From a virus (Duplodnaviria > Caudoviricetes): a stretch of DNA of 34,925 nucleotides. The translations under genes and the position numbers were made by a program. Location: the IMG/VR virus record IMGVR_UViG_3300007988_001053, positions 1-34,925 of that record; one strand, written 5' to 3'. The notes under the pieces were generated by a model. The model worked only from the letters and a program-made list of their open reading frames with translations. It was not told the DNA's origin and made no database searches. Of this stretch, positions 34,451 through 34,925 are shown piece after piece; within the stretch, counting starts at the first letter, position 1; each line of letters starts with the position of its first letter.

Positions 34451-34818
34451 TGAAGCCGACAATCACAAAGGCAACCCGCCGGCAATTTACCGGATCAGCA
34501 AACCGCCTGCGCAGAGCAAGAAGGCTTTACTACCGACTTATTGCCCCGACCATATCGGCGCAACCAGAGGCACTGATACCACTGGCCTACCGCGCAAAAT
34601 CTGTTGGGCTGTTCGCAGAAAGCACCGGCATCAGGGACATATGCGGCTTCATGATGGCGCAGGCATTCAAACACCAAACAGAAAGCAAAGACTGGGGGCA
34701 ATGGAGCAAAGACAAGCTGCGAATTGCAGAAAAGCACGCCACCTACTACCACCAGGGAAAAGACGGAATAAAGGTACTTAAAAAACCACGAGTAAGAATT
34801 ATGAGGGCTGCAGCGTGA
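34450..34818 (+). CDS. Hypothetical basic protein, 122 aa
   Basis: Coupled to the genes on both sides. Confidence 0.65.
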   Translation: MKPTITKATRRQFTGSANRLRRARRLYYRLIAPTISAQPEALIPLAYRAKSVGLFAESTGIRDICGFMMAQAFKHQTESKDWGQWSKDKLRIAEKHATYYHQGKDGIKVLKKPRVRIMRAAA

Positions 34819-34925
34819 AAATTAAACCCATGATATTCAACACAGAAATGGTGCAGGCTCTGCTTGGTGGCCGTAAGACGCAGACGCGGCGGCCGATCAA
34901 TATCAGCGATGGCTGGGAACTGAAA
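34815..34925 (+). CDS. ASCH/PUA-like phage protein, partial (runs off the window)
   Basis: GTGA overlap; MKIKPMIFNTEMVQALLGGRKTQTRRP matches the common phage PILF...MVRAIL.GRKTQTRR motif. Confidence 0.75.
   Translation, partial: MKIKPMIFNTEMVQALLGGRKTQTRRPINISDGWELK

Larger units (their letters stand above)
1..34925. mobile_element. Lambdoid/HK97-like temperate siphophage (prophage) segment; both ends lie outside the window
   Basis: Colinear immunity, replication, Q, lysis, packaging, head and non-contractile tail modules. No sheath gene and no integrase seen. Confidence 0.97.

Noticed and set aside
1-34925. CRISPR array, solitary type I-F repeat (Racr), tRNA, IS element or integrase
   Set aside because: None was recognised by eye, including near the acr locus; a dedicated scan could still find degenerate copies.

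Overview
The window is about 35 kb of a lambdoid, HK97-type temperate siphophage, probably a prophage of a gammaproteobacterium; no integrase or att site is inside the window. On the minus strand, reading right to left: cro, cII-like, replication initiator with iterons, DnaB, Q, late promoter and terminators, GH108 endolysin with two holin-like genes, HNH, cos, terS, terL, portal, S49 protease, major capsid, connectors, tail tube, a toxin-antitoxin moron, tape measure and tail-tip genes. On the plus strand are cI and a translationally coupled early operon. The main points of interest are: (1) an AcrIF11-like ADP-ribosyltransferase anti-CRISPR followed by a 58-aa Aca5-like HTH gene that the ORF track missed; (2) a CI repressor that appears to have lost its Ala-Gly cleavage site and canonical Ser/Lys dyad, with a candidate SOS-box regulatory pair at the far end of the tail operon; (3) a membrane-anchored DEDDh exonuclease-BRCT gene in the rexAB-like slot; (4) a chimeric BrnT/BrnA-like TA module carrying leftovers of a second allele; (5) a frameshifted packaging HNH gene; (6) a SutA-like RNA polymerase-binding protein. 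Family calls come from motif recognition and recalled sequences, not database searches.
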